Source: an uncultured Chloroflexia bacterium (GTDB lineage: Bacteria; Chloroflexota; Dehalococcoidia; DSTF01; JALHUB01). From it: DNA of 56,860 nucleotides. A program made the position numbers and the translations under genes. The stretch is taken from NCBI GenBank assembly GCA_963726245.1, contig CAVSBT010000007.1, positions 1-56,860 of the forward strand, read 5' to 3'. Of the stretch, positions 1 through 9,750 are shown piece by piece. How positions within the stretch are numbered: the first letter of the stretch is position 1; the number at the start of each line of letters is the position of its first letter. The notes beneath the pieces were generated by a model that was given only the letters and a program-made list of their open reading frames with translations, searched no databases and had not been told where the DNA came from.

Positions 1-71
1 TTGTTGTTGGCCGACGGCACCCGCCGCGTCTCCGCCGCTTGGGTGCGGCAGAAGGCGTCGACGTCTTCTTC

Positions 72-1030
72 TCAGGCCAGCGCGACTGACATGACGGGCA
101 CGGCTTCCGCAGATTCCATGAGCGTGAGACGCAGGCCCTCCGCTAGAGGGAGCGGCAGACCCCAGAGCCCGGTCGCGCGGAGTGCGCCGGGGCTGAGGAG
201 CGATCTGTCCACGTCACCCGAGCGCCGCGGACCATAGCGCATCTCGACGGGCCGGCCGGCCACCGTCGCCATCGCCCTGGCGAGGCCGATGATGCTGGTG
301 GCTTCGCCGCTGGCGACGTTCCAGGTGACGTTGTCTTCGACGGCCACCGCAGCCAGTACGGCGCCCACCACGTCCGAAACGTAGACGAAGTCGCGGAGCT
401 GCCGGCCGTCACCGTGAACGTCCAGCGGCTCGCCGGCCATGAGACGCTGCCGGAAGATGGCCACCACGCCACCTTCGGCGTCACTGCGCTGCCTGGAGCC
501 GTAGACGTTGGAGGGGCGCAGAATGGCATGGGGCGGCCCTTCCACTCGCAATAATTGCTCCGCCACGTACTTGTGCAGGCCATAGTAGGAGCGCGGCGCC
601 GGCATCGTCCCTTCGACGGCCGGCGTCGCCGTTTCGCCGTAGACCGCTCCGCCGGATGAGAGGAACACGAACCGCCGCACCCCCGACGCCTTCGCCGCCA
701 CCGCCAGCCGCCGCGTCCCCGCCACGTTCACTTCCCAGTCCAGGTCAGGGTCACGCATCGAGCGCTCGACGCTCGTCTGGGCGGCGCAGTGGACGACGGC
801 GTCGAACGGCGCGGCTGCCACACGCTTGGCGGACGCTCCGCGCTAGAGCGGATGTCCCCGACGCGGAGCCGCACGCCCAGGGGAACGTTCGCCGGGTCGC
901 CGCTGCTGAGATTGTCCAGCACCTCGACGTGCCAGCCCAGCGAATGCAGCGCATCCGCCACGTGCGAGCCGACGAAGCCGGCTCCTCCGGTGACCAGTAC
1001 AGCCAGGGGGTCTCCGTTTCTACGGTTCAT
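72..1030 (-). CDS. NAD-dependent epimerase/dehydratase (GalE-like extended SDR), frameshifted near 820-845
   Basis: ORF 728..1030 has VLVTGGAGFVG and LDNLSSG. ORF 72..821 has HCAAQ, SSGGAVYG, YGLHK (YxxxK), NVYG and RDFVYV. Confidence 0.85.
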
Positions 1031-1788
1031 GTCGGTCCTTCCTTCAAGCCGTCGCAGGTGGAGAGGTAAGGGGAAATCGACAGCAACTCATCCACCCGCA
1101 CGAAGCGATAACCCTTCGCCCGAAGGGAGTCGATAATGCCGGGCAAGGCGTCCAGGGTCGCGGAGCGGTCGACCCCCTGATTCGTGTCGTTGCCGTCGTG
1201 CAGGAGCACGATGGAGCCGGGGCGGACCGAATCCACCACGCGCCTCACGATCTCATCAGCGGGCGGGTTCTCCCAGTCCGATGGCTGCACGTCCCAGCCT
1301 ATGGTGCGCATGTCGTGGCCGGAGACTGCGTGAAGCTGCCAGGGAGTGTGAAAGCCGTTGGGCGGCCGGAAGAGCGCCGGACAGACGCCCGCCGCACTCG
1401 CGATGCTCGTCTCAGCCTTCCCCAGCTCGCCGTAGCGCAGCTCGAAGATGGCGTCCCGCTTGCGATGACGGTACGAGTGGTTGCCCACGAGATGGCCGCG
1501 CTCCACCAGGGCGCGCACCGTTTCCGGATGGGCGTCGGCATTCTTCCCCACGACAAAGAAGGTCGCTTTCACTCCGTATTGGTCCAGCATGTCGGCAATC
1601 CGCAGGGTCCAAGGATCGTTCGGGCCGTCATCAAAGGTCAGCGCCACCAGCTTCTCGTCCCGCGGGCCGTGGGTCACGATCTCTCCATACACCTGCGACG
1701 ACGGCGTCATGGCCCAGTACAGGGCCAGGATGGGCAAGCCCAGCGCCAGGACCACCACCACCGCCACTACGGCTACTTTCCACCACAC
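1027..1788 (-). CDS. Membrane-anchored polysaccharide deacetylase (CE4/NodB)
   Basis: N-terminal TM helix; motifs TFDDGP, NHSYRH, FRPPNG, DW, LLHDG. Confidence 0.92.
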   Translation of the reverse strand: MWWKVAVVAVVVVLALGLPILALYWAMTPSSQVYGEIVTHGPRDEKLVALTFDDGPNDPWTLRIADMLDQYGVKATFFVVGKNADAHPETVRALVERGHLVGNHSYRHRKRDAIFELRYGELGKAETSIASAAGVCPALFRPPNGFHTPWQLHAVSGHDMRTIGWDVQPSDWENPPADEIVRRVVDSVRPGSIVLLHDGNDTNQGVDRSATLDALPGIIDSLRAKGYRFVRVDELLSISPYLSTCDGLKEGPT

Positions 1789-1797
1789 GCCCTCGCC

Positions 1798-3090
1798 TCA
1801 CGAACCGTCCTGCGCAAGCCCGAGCAGTACCGGCTGACCCTCGCCGGGCACGTCATCCGTCGTATCGCGCGACGAAAGGCGCGTCGAGACCAGAAGCACG
1901 AGGGCCGCCGGCGCGGCCCCGGCGAACAGCACGGCTGCCACCCGCAGGACGGCCGCCGTTCCGTCTATCCCGCTCACCCAGGCGCCCAGGGCCGGTCCCA
2001 CCGCATGCCCGAGGCCCTCGATGGCCATGAACCAGGCGAGAAGCGTTACCCGACCCAAAGCGTGTGACAGGTCCATGGCCGTGGCGGCTACGGATGGCAG
2101 CGCCAGGCCGTAGCCGATCCCTCCGGCGGCCGCCAAGACTATCACCGCGCCTGGATTGGTGATGGTGGATAGGAACCAGACGGCCGCTCCCGTGACAAGG
2201 AAGCCGGACGCCAGGAGAGGCGCGCGGCCTACCCTATCTGCGAGGACGCCGCCGGCGATCACGGCGCCTCCGCCCATCGCCGCCGCGGGCGCCAGCAACA
2301 GCAGCTCCTCGCGGAACGAGAGGTCGAGAACGTCTCGACCGTACGCCCGGAAGACCGCGAGCAGGGCGCCCGCGGCGCTGGTTTGCAGCAGCATCACGGC
2401 CGCAAAGGCCAGTCGGTGCGGCTTGAGTGCGCTCCTGGCCACGTCCCTCAGACCGCCGACCGCGTGCGCGGGCCCGGGAAGCGCTTGCTCTTCGGCCTCA
2501 GGGCGCATCAGCGCGGCGGAGACGAGGGCCACGACCACCACCGCCAGGGCGAGGACCATCGCCGCCGTGTAGGGGAACCCCGCCGGCAGCAGCAATCCCA
2601 TGCCGAGCCCCAAGGCAAGAGCTGCCCCCGTCGTCAGCGTCATCGCCGAGGTGAGCTTGGCGCGTTCCGTCGGCGCGAAGGTCGTGCTCGCCAGAGCGTA
2701 GACGGCCGGCCAGAGCACCGCCGCACCAAGTCCGTAGACCCCGGCCGCCGGCAGCGCGATCTCCGGGATCGCCGCAGCCGCGAAGAAACACCCCTGACCA
2801 AGCACGACCAGGGCCAGGCCGGCCAGCAGCCCTCGCCGGGGCCCGACCCAGTCGGAGAGCCGGCCGCCGAACAACTGGGCGGCAAGCTTCGCGGCCCCGT
2901 ACGCGGCCAGGGCGAATCCGGGCAGCGACGCTCCGCCCCCGTGCTGCTCGGGAAGATAGGACTGAAGAGCAACCAGGAACACGAAGACGAAGGCGCTGTC
3001 CACGAGGAGGGTGACGAGCAAGAACGGGCGTGCCCGCGATGAACGAGCCAGTCGCAGCCAGTCGGAGACAAGGTTCACGAGGGCACGCAT
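1798..3090 (-). CDS. MFS transporter
   Basis: About 12 hydrophobic segments; motif A twice (GRLSDWVGPRR, GVLADRVGR); likely ATG at 3090 just after the upstream stop. Confidence 0.85.
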   Translation of the reverse strand: MRALVNLVSDWLRLARSSRARPFLLVTLLVDSAFVFVFLVALQSYLPEQHGGGASLPGFALAAYGAAKLAAQLFGGRLSDWVGPRRGLLAGLALVVLGQGCFFAAAAIPEIALPAAGVYGLGAAVLWPAVYALASTTFAPTERAKLTSAMTLTTGAALALGLGMGLLLPAGFPYTAAMVLALAVVVVALVSAALMRPEAEEQALPGPAHAVGGLRDVARSALKPHRLAFAAVMLLQTSAAGALLAVFRAYGRDVLDLSFREELLLLAPAAAMGGGAVIAGGVLADRVGRAPLLASGFLVTGAAVWFLSTITNPGAVIVLAAAGGIGYGLALPSVAATAMDLSHALGRVTLLAWFMAIEGLGHAVGPALGAWVSGIDGTAAVLRVAAVLFAGAAPAALVLLVSTRLSSRDTTDDVPGEGQPVLLGLAQDGS

Positions 3091-3091
3091 C

Positions 3092-5164
3092 TTAGAACAT
3101 CCCGCACTCGCGAAGCGACGAAGGCTTCGGCTGCTCGGCGGCAAACCGCCGGACATCGTATACGTTGAACTTGCCGCCCGGGTCCACATAGGCGAGCTCG
3201 GCGCGCCCGCTCCCAACGAGCGACTGGAGCAGGCCCCCTTCGTTGTAGCCGAACTGGTGCAGGTAGGCCGTCTCAAGCACGACATAGTCGATCGCCTTGA
3301 AGGCGACGAAGCAGGCGTACTGCGGCTCCACCCAGTTCTGCCGGAAGATGCTCTCGCTGAAGAACTCGTTGGAGAGAACGGCGCCGTGCTGGATGAAGCG
3401 GTACATCCCGTCCTCGCGCTCGTTCGGCTCGAGGACTCGATAGGTGGCGCCCGGCTGGAACTGGGCCGACTGGAAGAAGCCAGCGTAGATGTTGGTGCTG
3501 CGGTGGACGGCGCCGTAGTAGCCTCCCTTGTGGAAGTGGAATGGGCCCGTGGCCAGCAGCACGCCTGCCACCAGCCCTCCAGCTACCAGAACCAGCGCCG
3601 GCCGGTAGAGCCGGTCGAGGTAGGGGGCGAGGGCGGTGAACAGGAACGGTGCCATCACGATGGTGCCACGACGCGGCAGTACGTCCAGCACCGAGAGGGT
3701 AATCGTGAGCAACGAGTTCTCCCGGACGGAGGGCGTGAGCATCGTCATCCAAAGAACCGGCGCCAGCGCCACGGCCACCGGAATCGAGATCAGCGCCAGG
3801 GGGCGCACCTTCGCCCGGTCGAACGCGAGCAGGCACAGGACGTACACACCGGCCGCGAACCCGCCCACGATGGGATGCGTGCTGACCGTCAGCCACAACA
3901 AGAGCGCCGCGAGCAGGTACCGCTGCCGCTCGAACGCCCACACGAACAGGAAGAAGAACAGCGCGCTCCACATGCTCGCGAACTGGAAGGTGTACACGGC
4001 GTCGACGAAGAACGGGTTGATCACGAAGAGGAGCAGAAACCATGGGTTGCGTATGATGGGACGGACCAAGCCCGCCGCCCAGACTGTTCCTACCACCGCG
4101 ACGGCCATCATCAGAGTGACTGACCAGTTGTCTAAGAGGCGGAAGAGCACCGCGCTGGCCAGGTAAGGCGCCAGCCCGTAGGGGAAGGTCACCGCCCGCC
4201 CGCCGTCCAGAAGCGAGATGTGTAGCGGGATGCGGGCGTGGTCGAAGAGCTGCTGGCTGATGTACCAGACGTGGGCGTAGTTGTGCATCGAGTCCTCGCC
4301 GAGGAAGAGCGAGTTCACGAGCAGGTTCATGGTCATATAGAGAAGGGCCAGGACTCCGAACGTGGGCAGCACGTACGTTGACCACGACGGCACGTCGCGG
4401 GGACGGCCGCGCGAGGTGACCAGTCGCCACCACGCGAGCGGCATGGCGGCGAGGTCGATGAGCAAGTCTTTCAGCCGCGTCCGCGACCGGAAGATCGGTA
4501 TCGGCACCATCAGGTCGTTCGACACGCGGTAGCCCAGGCGGGGCAGGATGACCGCCACCTCCACTGTCTCGCTGTACTTGTAGCCCCGGTAGTACTGGAG
4601 AGCAGCCAGCAGCGCGCCCACCCGAAACGCCCGGTACCCGGACTCGACGTCGTAGTAGCGGTGGCCCGCCCAGAGGGACGCCCACAGCGACACCAGCCAG
4701 TTGCCCAGCCGCTTGTACCGCGTGTAGGTGGACAGGTCGCGGCGGGCGATGACCGCGTCGAACCCACCCTCCGTCAGCCGGGCGACCAGCCCCTCGATCT
4801 CGGCCGGCTCGTGCTGACCGTCGGCGTCGACCGTGAGGATGATGTCGTCGGGGCTGATCTCTCCGATCCCTACGCGCCGGCGGATCTCTTGCAGGGCAGT
4901 GTAGTAAGCCGCGGACATGCCGCGGTTGCGATGGAGGCAGATGAGCTGAAGGCGGGGGTGGGACCGGGACCAGTGGAAGATGACCTCACGTGTGCGGTCG
5001 GTCGAGCCGTCGTCAACGATGATGATCTCGTCTACCAGCGGCTCCAACCGCTCGAGGACGGCAACGACCGTGGCCTCCTCGTTGTAGGCGGGCATCAACG
5101 CGATAAGGCGCGGCGATCCGGTCCGCGGGCGGACGGGCACACGCGATGTGGCTACGTCTCTCAT
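3092..5164 (-). CDS. GT2 polyprenyl-phosphate glycosyltransferase fused to a multi-TM GT-C-like domain
   Basis: N-terminal PAYNEE, VDDGSTD, DADGQH (DPM synthase/ArnC-like); roughly 430 aa polytopic membrane C-terminal part. Confidence 0.8.
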   Translation of the reverse strand: MRDVATSRVPVRPRTGSPRLIALMPAYNEEATVVAVLERLEPLVDEIIIVDDGSTDRTREVIFHWSRSHPRLQLICLHRNRGMSAAYYTALQEIRRRVGIGEISPDDIILTVDADGQHEPAEIEGLVARLTEGGFDAVIARRDLSTYTRYKRLGNWLVSLWASLWAGHRYYDVESGYRAFRVGALLAALQYYRGYKYSETVEVAVILPRLGYRVSNDLMVPIPIFRSRTRLKDLLIDLAAMPLAWWRLVTSRGRPRDVPSWSTYVLPTFGVLALLYMTMNLLVNSLFLGEDSMHNYAHVWYISQQLFDHARIPLHISLLDGGRAVTFPYGLAPYLASAVLFRLLDNWSVTLMMAVAVVGTVWAAGLVRPIIRNPWFLLLFVINPFFVDAVYTFQFASMWSALFFFLFVWAFERQRYLLAALLLWLTVSTHPIVGGFAAGVYVLCLLAFDRAKVRPLALISIPVAVALAPVLWMTMLTPSVRENSLLTITLSVLDVLPRRGTIVMAPFLFTALAPYLDRLYRPALVLVAGGLVAGVLLATGPFHFHKGGYYGAVHRSTNIYAGFFQSAQFQPGATYRVLEPNEREDGMYRFIQHGAVLSNEFFSESIFRQNWVEPQYACFVAFKAIDYVVLETAYLHQFGYNEGGLLQSLVGSGRAELAYVDPGGKFNVYDVRRFAAEQPKPSSLRECGMF

Positions 5165-6105
5165 CGGCTTTCGACGGCCGCGGTCCCCTCCTGGGCAAAC
5201 CTTTCGACGAGCCAGGGGACCGTTCGCCTCATCCCCTCATCGAAGTCGATCTCAGGCTCCCAGCCCAGCTCGATCCGCGCCTTCTCGCTTAATACCTCAG
5301 TGCCGGCGTAGTCGCCGCTGCGCGCCGGCATGAACTGGATCGGACGCTGGGAGCCGGTTAGCCGCAGAACAGTCTCCGCGATACGGAGGATGGTGATGGC
5401 CTCCCGGCCGTCCAGGTTGTAGGTCTGGTTCGCGGCACGGTCGTCCAAAGCCAGGACGTGGCCCCGCGCCAGGTCCTCGACGTAGACGAACTTGCGGTGC
5501 TGAGTGCCGTCGCCCGCCACCGTCAACGGCTCACCCGCCAGCGACTTGCGGACGAAGATGGGGATCACCAGCGAAGGGCGCATCCGCGGCCCGTACGGGA
5601 TGCCGTAGCGAAGGATGGTGAAGGGAAGCTGGTACATGTTGCCGTAGTCATGGCAGAGCATCTCCGCCGCCAGCTTGGACGACGTGTAGACGTGCCGCGC
5701 CGTCGCCAGGGAGAAGCAGGCGCTCTCGTCCACGACCGTTGCGTCGCTCGCCGCCACGGAGGAGTACACCCACACGGTGCTGGCCAGGATCACTCTCCCG
5801 ATCCCGTTCCCGCGGGCCGCCTCCAGCACCCGCGCCGTCCCACCGACGTTGAGGTCGACCGCCGCGACCGGGTCGCGGACCACGTCGTTGACGTCCGCGA
5901 CCGCGGCCAGGTGGAAGAGGGCGTCCAAACCGGCCGTGGCCTCTGCCAGCGCCGGCCCATCCATCACGCTGACTCCAACGTGGTCGACATCCGGCCGGTG
6001 AGGGGGTCGCCCGTCGATCACGATCACGTCGTGGCCGGCCGCCGCCAGCGCGTCGACCACGTGCGAACCGATGAATCCGGCTCCGCCGGTAACGCCTACC
6101 CGCAT
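5161..6105 (-). CDS. NAD-dependent epimerase/dehydratase (nucleotide-sugar SDR)
   Basis: VTGGAGFIG, HLAA, YTSSK, YGPRMR; overlaps both neighbouring genes. Confidence 0.9.
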   Translation of the reverse strand: MRVGVTGGAGFIGSHVVDALAAAGHDVIVIDGRPPHRPDVDHVGVSVMDGPALAEATAGLDALFHLAAVADVNDVVRDPVAAVDLNVGGTARVLEAARGNGIGRVILASTVWVYSSVAASDATVVDESACFSLATARHVYTSSKLAAEMLCHDYGNMYQLPFTILRYGIPYGPRMRPSLVIPIFVRKSLAGEPLTVAGDGTQHRKFVYVEDLARGHVLALDDRAANQTYNLDGREAITILRIAETVLRLTGSQRPIQFMPARSGDYAGTEVLSEKARIELGWEPEIDFDEGMRRTVPWLVERFAQEGTAAVESR

Positions 6106-7252
6106 CTCATTGCCCTCGCCGTCGTGGCTGGGGCCTCCACCTTGGCCAGCGCCGCCTCCAACGATTCGAGCACATAGCGCGCGTCGTCAGGGGTCATCTT
6201 CGCCGAAACCGGCAGGCAGACGTGCCGGGCGCACAGGTCCTCCGCCTTGGGGAGCGGGCCGTGGTTCACGCCCGCGAACACCGGCTGGAGATGACATGGG
6301 ATCTCATAGACCTCGCCGCTCAGGGCCACTTCGAACTCTTCGCGCAGTACGCTCTTGAGGGCGGCGCGGTCAATACCAGAGAGGAGGACCATGTACTTGT
6401 AGTAGCTGCTGCGCGATCCCGGCGGCGGCTGCACGGCGACCACCCGCGGCGCAAGTCGGCCAGACCGGCGTCGTACACGGCCGCGACCTCGGCTCGCCGT
6501 GCGGTGAACTCGCCCAAGCGTCGCAACTGCGCCAGCCCGATGATGGCGTGTGGCTCGCTCATCCGCCAGTTGTAGCCCAGGCGCACGTGGAAGTTGGTGG
6601 CGAAGCCCTCCTTCCCCTGGTCGCGGTAGATGATCGCCTCTCGGTAGACGGCCTCGTCATCCGTGACGATCATTCCCCCTTCGCCGCTGGTCATGACCTT
6701 CGTGGGGTAGAAGGAGAAGGCAGCCGCTCTCCCGAAACTGCCGGCCGATTTGCCATTGAGCAGACAGCCGTGGGCGTGGGCGGCGTCCTCCACGAGGGCC
6801 ACGCCTGCCGCGTCGCACATGGCCCGGATCTCGTCGATTCGAGGCGTGATGATGCCGCCGATGTGTACCAGGACGACGGCCGCCGTCTGGGGACCCAGCG
6901 CCGCACGCAGGCTCGCCACGTCCAGGGCGAACGATTCTGGCTCGCAGTCGGCGAAGCGAATGCGGCCGCCTGCGTGAAGGACCGCCCCGGCGGTGGCATA
7001 GAACGTGTTCGTCGGAACCACGACTTCGCGGTCCTCGACGCCGATGGTCCGCAGGATGATCTCCAGCGCGCTGGTGCCGCTGTTCACGGCAACTGCGTAG
7101 CGGACCTGGCACAACTGAGCGAACTCTTCCTCTAACGCGGCGCCGTTCGGCCCCAGAGTGAGCCTGCCGCTCTCCAGGCACTCGCCGATACGCGCAAGGA
7201 TCCACCCGCGATCCTCCTCAGGGAAGTGGATCGCGGCGGCTGGCACCTTCAT
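6096..7252 (-). CDS. DegT/DnrJ/EryC1/StrS PLP-dependent sugar aminotransferase, frameshifted near 6445
   Basis: AVNSGTSAL, EDAAHAHG, SFYPTKVMTSGEGGM, GYNWRM in 6320..7252; PCHLQP...LPVS C-terminus in 6096..6443; SD GGAGG upstream. Confidence 0.9.
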
Positions 7253-7304
7253 CGCACCCTCCTTGTGACTTCAGGATCAAAGTTGCCACAAGTCTGACCG
7301 GCGC

Positions 7305-7337
7305 GAATGAAGATTCTATACAGACTGAATTAAGAAT
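7305..7337 (-). promoter_or_regulatory. Candidate OmpR/PhoB-family binding site: three half-sites at 11-bp period
   Basis: Minus strand reads TCTTAAT-N4-TCTGTAT-N4-TCTTCAT, about 55-85 nt upstream of the aminotransferase start. Confidence 0.55.
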
Positions 7338-7363
7338 GGGTAAAGGCCGGGCCGGGCAAAACC

Positions 7364-7418
7364 GTAGGGGCAGGGCCCTGTCCCTGCCCACAGGGCGCCC
7401 ACAGGGGGGCGCCCCTAC
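7364..7418. repeat. GTAG-type REP-like palindrome (composite)
   Basis: GTAGGGGCAGGG...CCCTGCCC...GGGCGCCC...GGGCGCCCCTAC. Confidence 0.7.
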
Positions 7419-7466
7419 GATAGGGCAACGCGCCTCGCGCCATTGTTTCCGTCATGACCATCAGGT

Positions 7467-8852
7467 TCAGCTGGAGGGCGGCTCCGCGGCTAATGGGATG
7501 TCGACGGAGAAGGTGGCACCGCTTCCACGCTGACTGCTCACCGTGACCGTGCCCGCGTGCGCCTCTGTCACGTATTTCACGATGGCGAGGCCGAGGCCGA
7601 CACCGTCCGCGCGGATCGCTCGGGCGCCGTCCCCGCGATAGAAGCGGTCGAAGATGTACGGCAGGTCCTTCTCGTCAATTCCGGCGCCGGTGTCCTGAAC
7701 CTCGACTCGCGCGAAGCCGTTCACGGGCCGCAGGTGGAGCTCGATCCGGCCGCCGTCAGGCGTGTATTGGACCGCATTCTCCATCAGGTTCCACAGCATC
7801 TGTCCCAGCCGTTCTCTATCGCCCAGGACGCGCACTCCCGGCGCCACCTTTGAGACGGTCTCGTGGCGGGAATCTTGGGCGCGCAACCGGGCTACAGCCT
7901 GCTCGCACAGCAGCGAGTAGTCGACGGGGGCTTCGCTAATGGCCTGCTTCTCTTCGCGGGACAAGAGCAGAAGGTCGGACAGAAGCCGGCTCATGGCCTC
8001 GGCCTCGGCGCGGGCCTCCCGGAAGCAGGCCTCCCGCTCCTCGGCGGGAAGGGCCGGGTCGTTCAGGATGTCGATGTTCGTGCGGAGCACGGTGAGCGGG
8101 CGTCGCAACTCGTGCGAGGAGTCGGCGAGGAAGGACCGTTGCGCCAGGAGCGATTCCTCCACCCGGTCGATCATGGCGTTGAAGGTGTCGACCAGCTCCT
8201 TCATCTCGCCGCCGCCCCTTGGCCTCGGCAGGCGACGAGTGAAATCCGCCGTGCGCTCTACGTCGCGAGCCAGTTGCGACACCTGCCGAACGGGGTAGAG
8301 GGCTCGACGGGCCAAGAAGTAGGTGGGAGCTGCCGTCAGGAGCAATACGCCCAGACCGCCGAAGATGAAGACCTTACGGATCTCGTCCAGCGCCACATCG
8401 GTCTCGTGAAGGGATTGTCCTGCCACCACGCTCCCCACCGTCTCGCCATTGCGCACGATGGGTTCGTACAAGACACGCAGTCGCTGTCCCTGAACGTTGC
8501 GGCTGTTGATGGTCTGGTCGCCCGGGCTCAACTTCTTCGGTACGGGAAGCTCGCGGCTGGCCGGCTGGGAGGAGTAGAGTAGGCCGGCGTCAAGGCCTCG
8601 GATCTGAAAGATAACGTCGGCAGACGCCAGCCTGTCCAGCTCTCGCCGGTTGCTGTCAATGTCCTGGACGGTAAGCGGGCCGGCGACCGCCTCCAGTGAC
8701 GAGTCCAATGTCTGGACGCGGGCGATCAGGCTGTCGTCAAGGTTGTCGTAGACCCTCTTCGCTGAGATGAGGTAGGCCAACACACCGAAGGCCACCAGCG
8801 CCACGGCCAGAAAGCCGAGGTACAGAAGGGTGAGGCGAATTCGCAGCGACAC
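7467..8852 (-). CDS. Sensor histidine kinase (2TM, HAMP, HisKA, HATPase)
   Basis: H-box SHELRRPLT, N-box NLMENAVQY, DTGAGI, FDRFYR, GVGLGL. Confidence 0.95.
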   Translation of the reverse strand: MSLRIRLTLLYLGFLAVALVAFGVLAYLISAKRVYDNLDDSLIARVQTLDSSLEAVAGPLTVQDIDSNRRELDRLASADVIFQIRGLDAGLLYSSQPASRELPVPKKLSPGDQTINSRNVQGQRLRVLYEPIVRNGETVGSVVAGQSLHETDVALDEIRKVFIFGGLGVLLLTAAPTYFLARRALYPVRQVSQLARDVERTADFTRRLPRPRGGGEMKELVDTFNAMIDRVEESLLAQRSFLADSSHELRRPLTVLRTNIDILNDPALPAEEREACFREARAEAEAMSRLLSDLLLLSREEKQAISEAPVDYSLLCEQAVARLRAQDSRHETVSKVAPGVRVLGDRERLGQMLWNLMENAVQYTPDGGRIELHLRPVNGFARVEVQDTGAGIDEKDLPYIFDRFYRGDGARAIRADGVGLGLAIVKYVTEAHAGTVTVSSQRGSGATFSVDIPLAAEPPSS

Positions 8853-8853
8853 C

Positions 8854-9606
8854 CTATTCCTCTTTCAGCATGTAGCCAGCCCCGCGGACCGTCCGGATGA
8901 GGCGCGGCCGGCCGCCGGCCTCCAGCTTCTGACGCAGGTTGGCGATATGGACATCGACGACGTTCGAGTCTGTGGCGAGCCATTCCTCTCCCCAGATGGC
9001 CACCAGGATCTCCTCCCGAGTTAGAACCTGCTCCGGCGAGCACATGAAGTGCTCCAGCAGACGGAACTCCTTGGCGGTGAGAGTTAGCGGCTCGCCTTCG
9101 TGGACGACGGCCCACGACTTCCGGTCTAGTGTTAGGTTGGCATAGGTCAGCCGCTCGCTCTTGCCGGGCTCCGGGCGGGCGCGACGCAGCAGCGCCTGGA
9201 TGCGGGCCACCAGCTCATCAAAGGCAAAGGGTTTGACGAGGTAGTCGTCCGCGCCGGCCTCCAGGCCGGCCACGCGGTCGGGGACGCTGTCGCGCGCCGT
9301 CAGCATCAGGATCGGGACAGCGGCCCTCTCGCGGATCAACCGGCAGAGGGTGAGCCCGTCCATGCCGGGCATCATGATGTCGAGGATGATGATGTGCGGC
9401 CACTGGCCCTGGAGGTAGCCCAGCGCCTGGCCCGCATCGCGGGCGAGGCCTACGTCGAAGCCACGCAGGGAGAGACCCCGGCGCAGGGCAGCGAGCAGAC
9501 GCTCGTCGTCATCGACGACGAGAACGCGAGGCTGTGGCGGGCTCTCGCTGTGAGGAAGGTCCGATCTGTGGGAGGCGACAGGCGGTTCCACCCGGTGGTC
9601 CAGCAT
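8854..9606 (-). CDS. OmpR/PhoB-family response regulator (MprA-like)
   Basis: VVDDD, LDIMMPGMDG, LTARD, GADDYLVKPF; winged helix VDVHIANLRQKL...TVRGAGY. Confidence 0.95.
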   Translation of the reverse strand: MLDHRVEPPVASHRSDLPHSESPPQPRVLVVDDDERLLAALRRGLSLRGFDVGLARDAGQALGYLQGQWPHIIILDIMMPGMDGLTLCRLIRERAAVPILMLTARDSVPDRVAGLEAGADDYLVKPFAFDELVARIQALLRRARPEPGKSERLTYANLTLDRKSWAVVHEGEPLTLTAKEFRLLEHFMCSPEQVLTREEILVAIWGEEWLATDSNVVDVHIANLRQKLEAGGRPRLIRTVRGAGYMLKEE

Positions 9607-9750
9607 TCACCACATCCCCGGAGCGAGCAAGGTCGGCGGTTCGCCCTGCCCCGCTCTTCCCGCATGTCCGACGAGAAGTCTAGCAACCAAGGCGTAGGCG
9701 CAGTTGCCCGAGATGCGACCTGGCGTTCGGCAAAGGGGCCGCCGCACCGG

